DNA of 64,000 bases. Source: the human T2T-CHM13v2.0 reference genome, Homo sapiens. Positions 62,001 to 64,000 of this stretch are shown piece after piece (within the stretch, counting starts at the first letter, position 1; each line of letters starts with the position of its first letter). The notes beneath the pieces are model-generated. The model saw only the letters and a program-made list of their open reading frames with translations. It was not told the DNA's origin and did not search any database. The stretch is taken from the NCBI RefSeq assembly GCF_009914755.1, contig NC_060943.1. One strand, 5' to 3'. The position numbers were made by a program, and so were the translations under genes.

Positions 62001-64000
62001 CATATAAAAACTAGACAGAATGATTCTCAGAAACTCCTTTGTGATGTGTGCGTTCAACTCACAGAGTTTAACTTTTCTTTTCATAGAGCAGTTAGGAAAC
62101 ACTCTGTTTGTAAAGTCTGCAAGTGGATATTCAGACCTCTTTGAGGCCTTCGTTGGAAACGGGATTTCTTCATATTATGCTAGACAGAAGAATTCTCAGT
62201 AACTTCCTTGTGTTGTGTGTACTCAACTCACAGAGTTGAACGATCCTTGACACAGAGCAGACTTGAAACACTCTTTTTGTGGAATTTGCAAGTGGAGATT
62301 TCAGCCGCTTTGAGGTCAATGGTAGAATAGGAAATATCTTCCTATAGAAACTAGACAGAATGATTCTCAGAAACTCCTTTGTGATGTGTGCGTTCAACTC
62401 ACAGAGTTTAACGTTTCTTTTCATAGAGCAGTTAGGAAACACTCTGTTTGTAAGTCTGCAAGTGGATATTCAGACATCTTTGAGGCCTTCGTTGGAAACG
62501 GGATTTCTTCATGTTCTGCTAGACAGAAGAATTCTCAGAAACTTCCTTGTGTTGTGTGTTTTCAACTCACAGAGTTGAACGATGCTTTACACAGAGTAGA
62601 CTTGAAACACACTTTTTGTGTAATTTGCAAGTGGAGATTTCAGCTGCTTTGAGGTCAATGGTAGAAAAGGAAATATCTTCGTATAAAAACTAGACAGAAT
62701 GATTCTCAGAAACTCCTTTGTGATGTGTGCGTTCAACTCACAGAGTTTAACCTTTCTTTTCATAGAGTAGTTAGGAAACACTCTGTTTGTAAAGTCTGCA
62801 AGTGGATATGCAGACATCTTTGAGGCTTTCGTTAGAAACGGGATTTCTTCATATTCTGCTAGACAGAAGAATTCTCAGAAACTTCGTTGTGTTGTGTGTT
62901 TTCAACTCACGGAGTTCAACGATCCTTTACACAGAGTAGACTTGAAACACTCTTTTTGTGGAATTCGCAGGGTGGAGATTTCAGCCGCTTTGAGGTCAAT
63001 GGTAGAAAAGGAAATATCTTCGTATAAAAACCAGACAGAGTGATTCTCAGAAACTCCTTTGTGATGTCTGCGTTCAACTCACAGAGTTTAACCTTTCTTT
63101 TCATAGAGCAGTTGGGAAACACTCTGTTTGTAAAGTCTGCAAGTGGATATTCAGACTTCTTTGAGGCCTTCGTTGGAGGCGGGATTTCTTCATATTCTGC
63201 TAGACAGAAGAATTCTCAGTAACTTCCTTGTGTTGTGTGTATTCAACTCACAGAGTTGAACGATCCTTTACACAGAGCAGACTTGAAACACTCTTTTTGT
63301 GGAATTTGCAAGTGGAGATTTCAGCCGCTTTGAGGTCAATGGTAGAATAGGAAATATCTTCCTATAGAAACTAGACAGAATGATTCTCAGAAACTCCTTT
63401 GTGATGTGTGCGTTGAACTCACAGAGTTTAACCTTTCTTTTCATAGAGCAGTTAGGAAACACTCTGTTTGTAAAGTCTGCAAGTGGATATTCAGACATCG
63501 TTGAGGCTTTCGTTGGAAACGGGATTTCTTCATATTCTGATAGAAAGAAGAATTCTCAGTAACTTCCTTGTGTTGTGTGTATTCAACTCACAGATTTGAA
63601 TGATCCTTTACACAGAACAGTCTTGAAACACTCTTTTTGTGGAATTTGCAAGTGGAGATTTCAGCCGCTTTGAGGTCAATGGTAGAATAGGAAATATCTT
63701 CCTATAGAAACTAGACAGAATGATTCTCAGAAACTCCTTTGTGATGTGTGCGTTCAACTCACAGAGTTTAACCTTTCTTTTCATAGAGCAGTTAGGAAAC
63801 ACTCTGTTTGTAAATTCTGCAAGTGGATATTCAGACATCTTTGAGGCTTTCGTTGGAAACGGGATTTCTTCATATTCTGCTAGACAGAAGAATTCTCAGA
63901 AACTTCGTTGTGTTGTGTGTTTTCAACTCACAGAGTTCAACGATCCTTTACACAGAGTAGACTTGAAACACTCTTTTTGTGGAATTGGCAGGGTGGAGAT
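56040..64000 (+). repeat. More divergent alphoid dimers with many singleton SNVs/indels and weak 9- and 4-dimer periodicity
   Basis: Private deletions (~56055, ~57606, ~58397, ~62453) and many unique substitutions. Variant order recurs loosely at +3,059 (56239/59298, 56919/59978, 57260/60319) and +1,361. Confidence 0.75.

Larger units (their letters stand above)
1..64000 (+). repeat. Centromeric alpha-satellite array, SF1 (J1/J2) dimeric, D1Z7/D5Z2/D19Z3-like (S1C1/5/19H1L-type)
   Basis: Continuous 340/341-bp periodicity (pseudo-ORF starts 805, 1145, 1485...). Each unit has two related ~170-bp monomers with alphoid motifs (TTCAACTCACAGAGTT, AAACACTCT, TGCAAGTGGA, CTAGACAGAA..ATTCTCAG), a CENP-B box in every second monomer and usually one GAATTC. 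The family call is from recall of the consensus, not a database search. Confidence 0.97.

Noticed and set aside
13860-63184. CENP-B box variants GCGGGG (13860, 14540, 33931, 34611), ACGGGG (54671), GTTAGAA (62827) and GGAGGCGGG (63168) as broken boxes
   Set aside because: The changes fall outside the nine essential positions, so they were counted as intact.
340-63838. Hundreds of 60-148 aa ORFs on both strands (MILRNSF..., MFPNCSMKRK...)
   Set aside because: They are translations of the satellite dimer recurring every 340 bp. Their lengths change with random SNVs/indels, and there is no gene context or recognisable domain.
1-64000. CRISPR-like or coding tandem-repeat interpretation
   Set aside because: There are no unique spacers and no cas or other genes; the whole unit is repeated and is recognisably alphoid.
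1-64000. Transposon insertion (L1/Alu) or inversion within the array
   Set aside because: Dimer phase and orientation are continuous; no poly-A, target-site duplication or non-alphoid segment seen.
1-64000. Computationally modelled (GRCh38-style) centromere sequence
   Set aside because: Exact long-range order of rare variants over 17-20 kb is not expected from a short-memory Markov model; it looks like a true long-read assembly.
1-64000. Assignment to a specific chromosome (1, 5 or 19)
   Set aside because: These arrays share the same HOR family; assignment needs chromosome-specific k-mer mapping that I cannot run.

Overview
The whole 64 kb is one uninterrupted, head-to-tail primate centromeric alpha-satellite array (about 188 copies of a ~340-bp two-monomer dimer, all on one strand). 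A CENP-B-box monomer alternates with an A-box (pJ-alpha-type) monomer, and there is normally one EcoRI site per dimer. This matches the human suprachromosomal family 1 (J1/J2) dimeric array of the D1Z7/D5Z2/D19Z3 (S1C1/5/19H1L) type; I cannot tell which chromosome. I see no genes, RNA genes, transposons, inversions or CRISPR arrays, and all listed ORFs are repeat by-products. I found no new gene system. The interesting signal is structural, read from diagnostic SNVs and indels. The first ~46.4 kb is a near-identical macro-repeat of 52 dimers (17,689 bp); its second copy is expanded to 59 dimers (20,071 bp) by an internal 2,382-bp tandem duplication, and a third, older copy is partial. Periods of 2, 3, 4, 7 and 11 dimers are nested inside it. 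After ~46.4 kb the array becomes a more divergent mosaic with interleaved block duplications, more indels and more broken CENP-B boxes. All variant calls were made by eye and need alignment confirmation.
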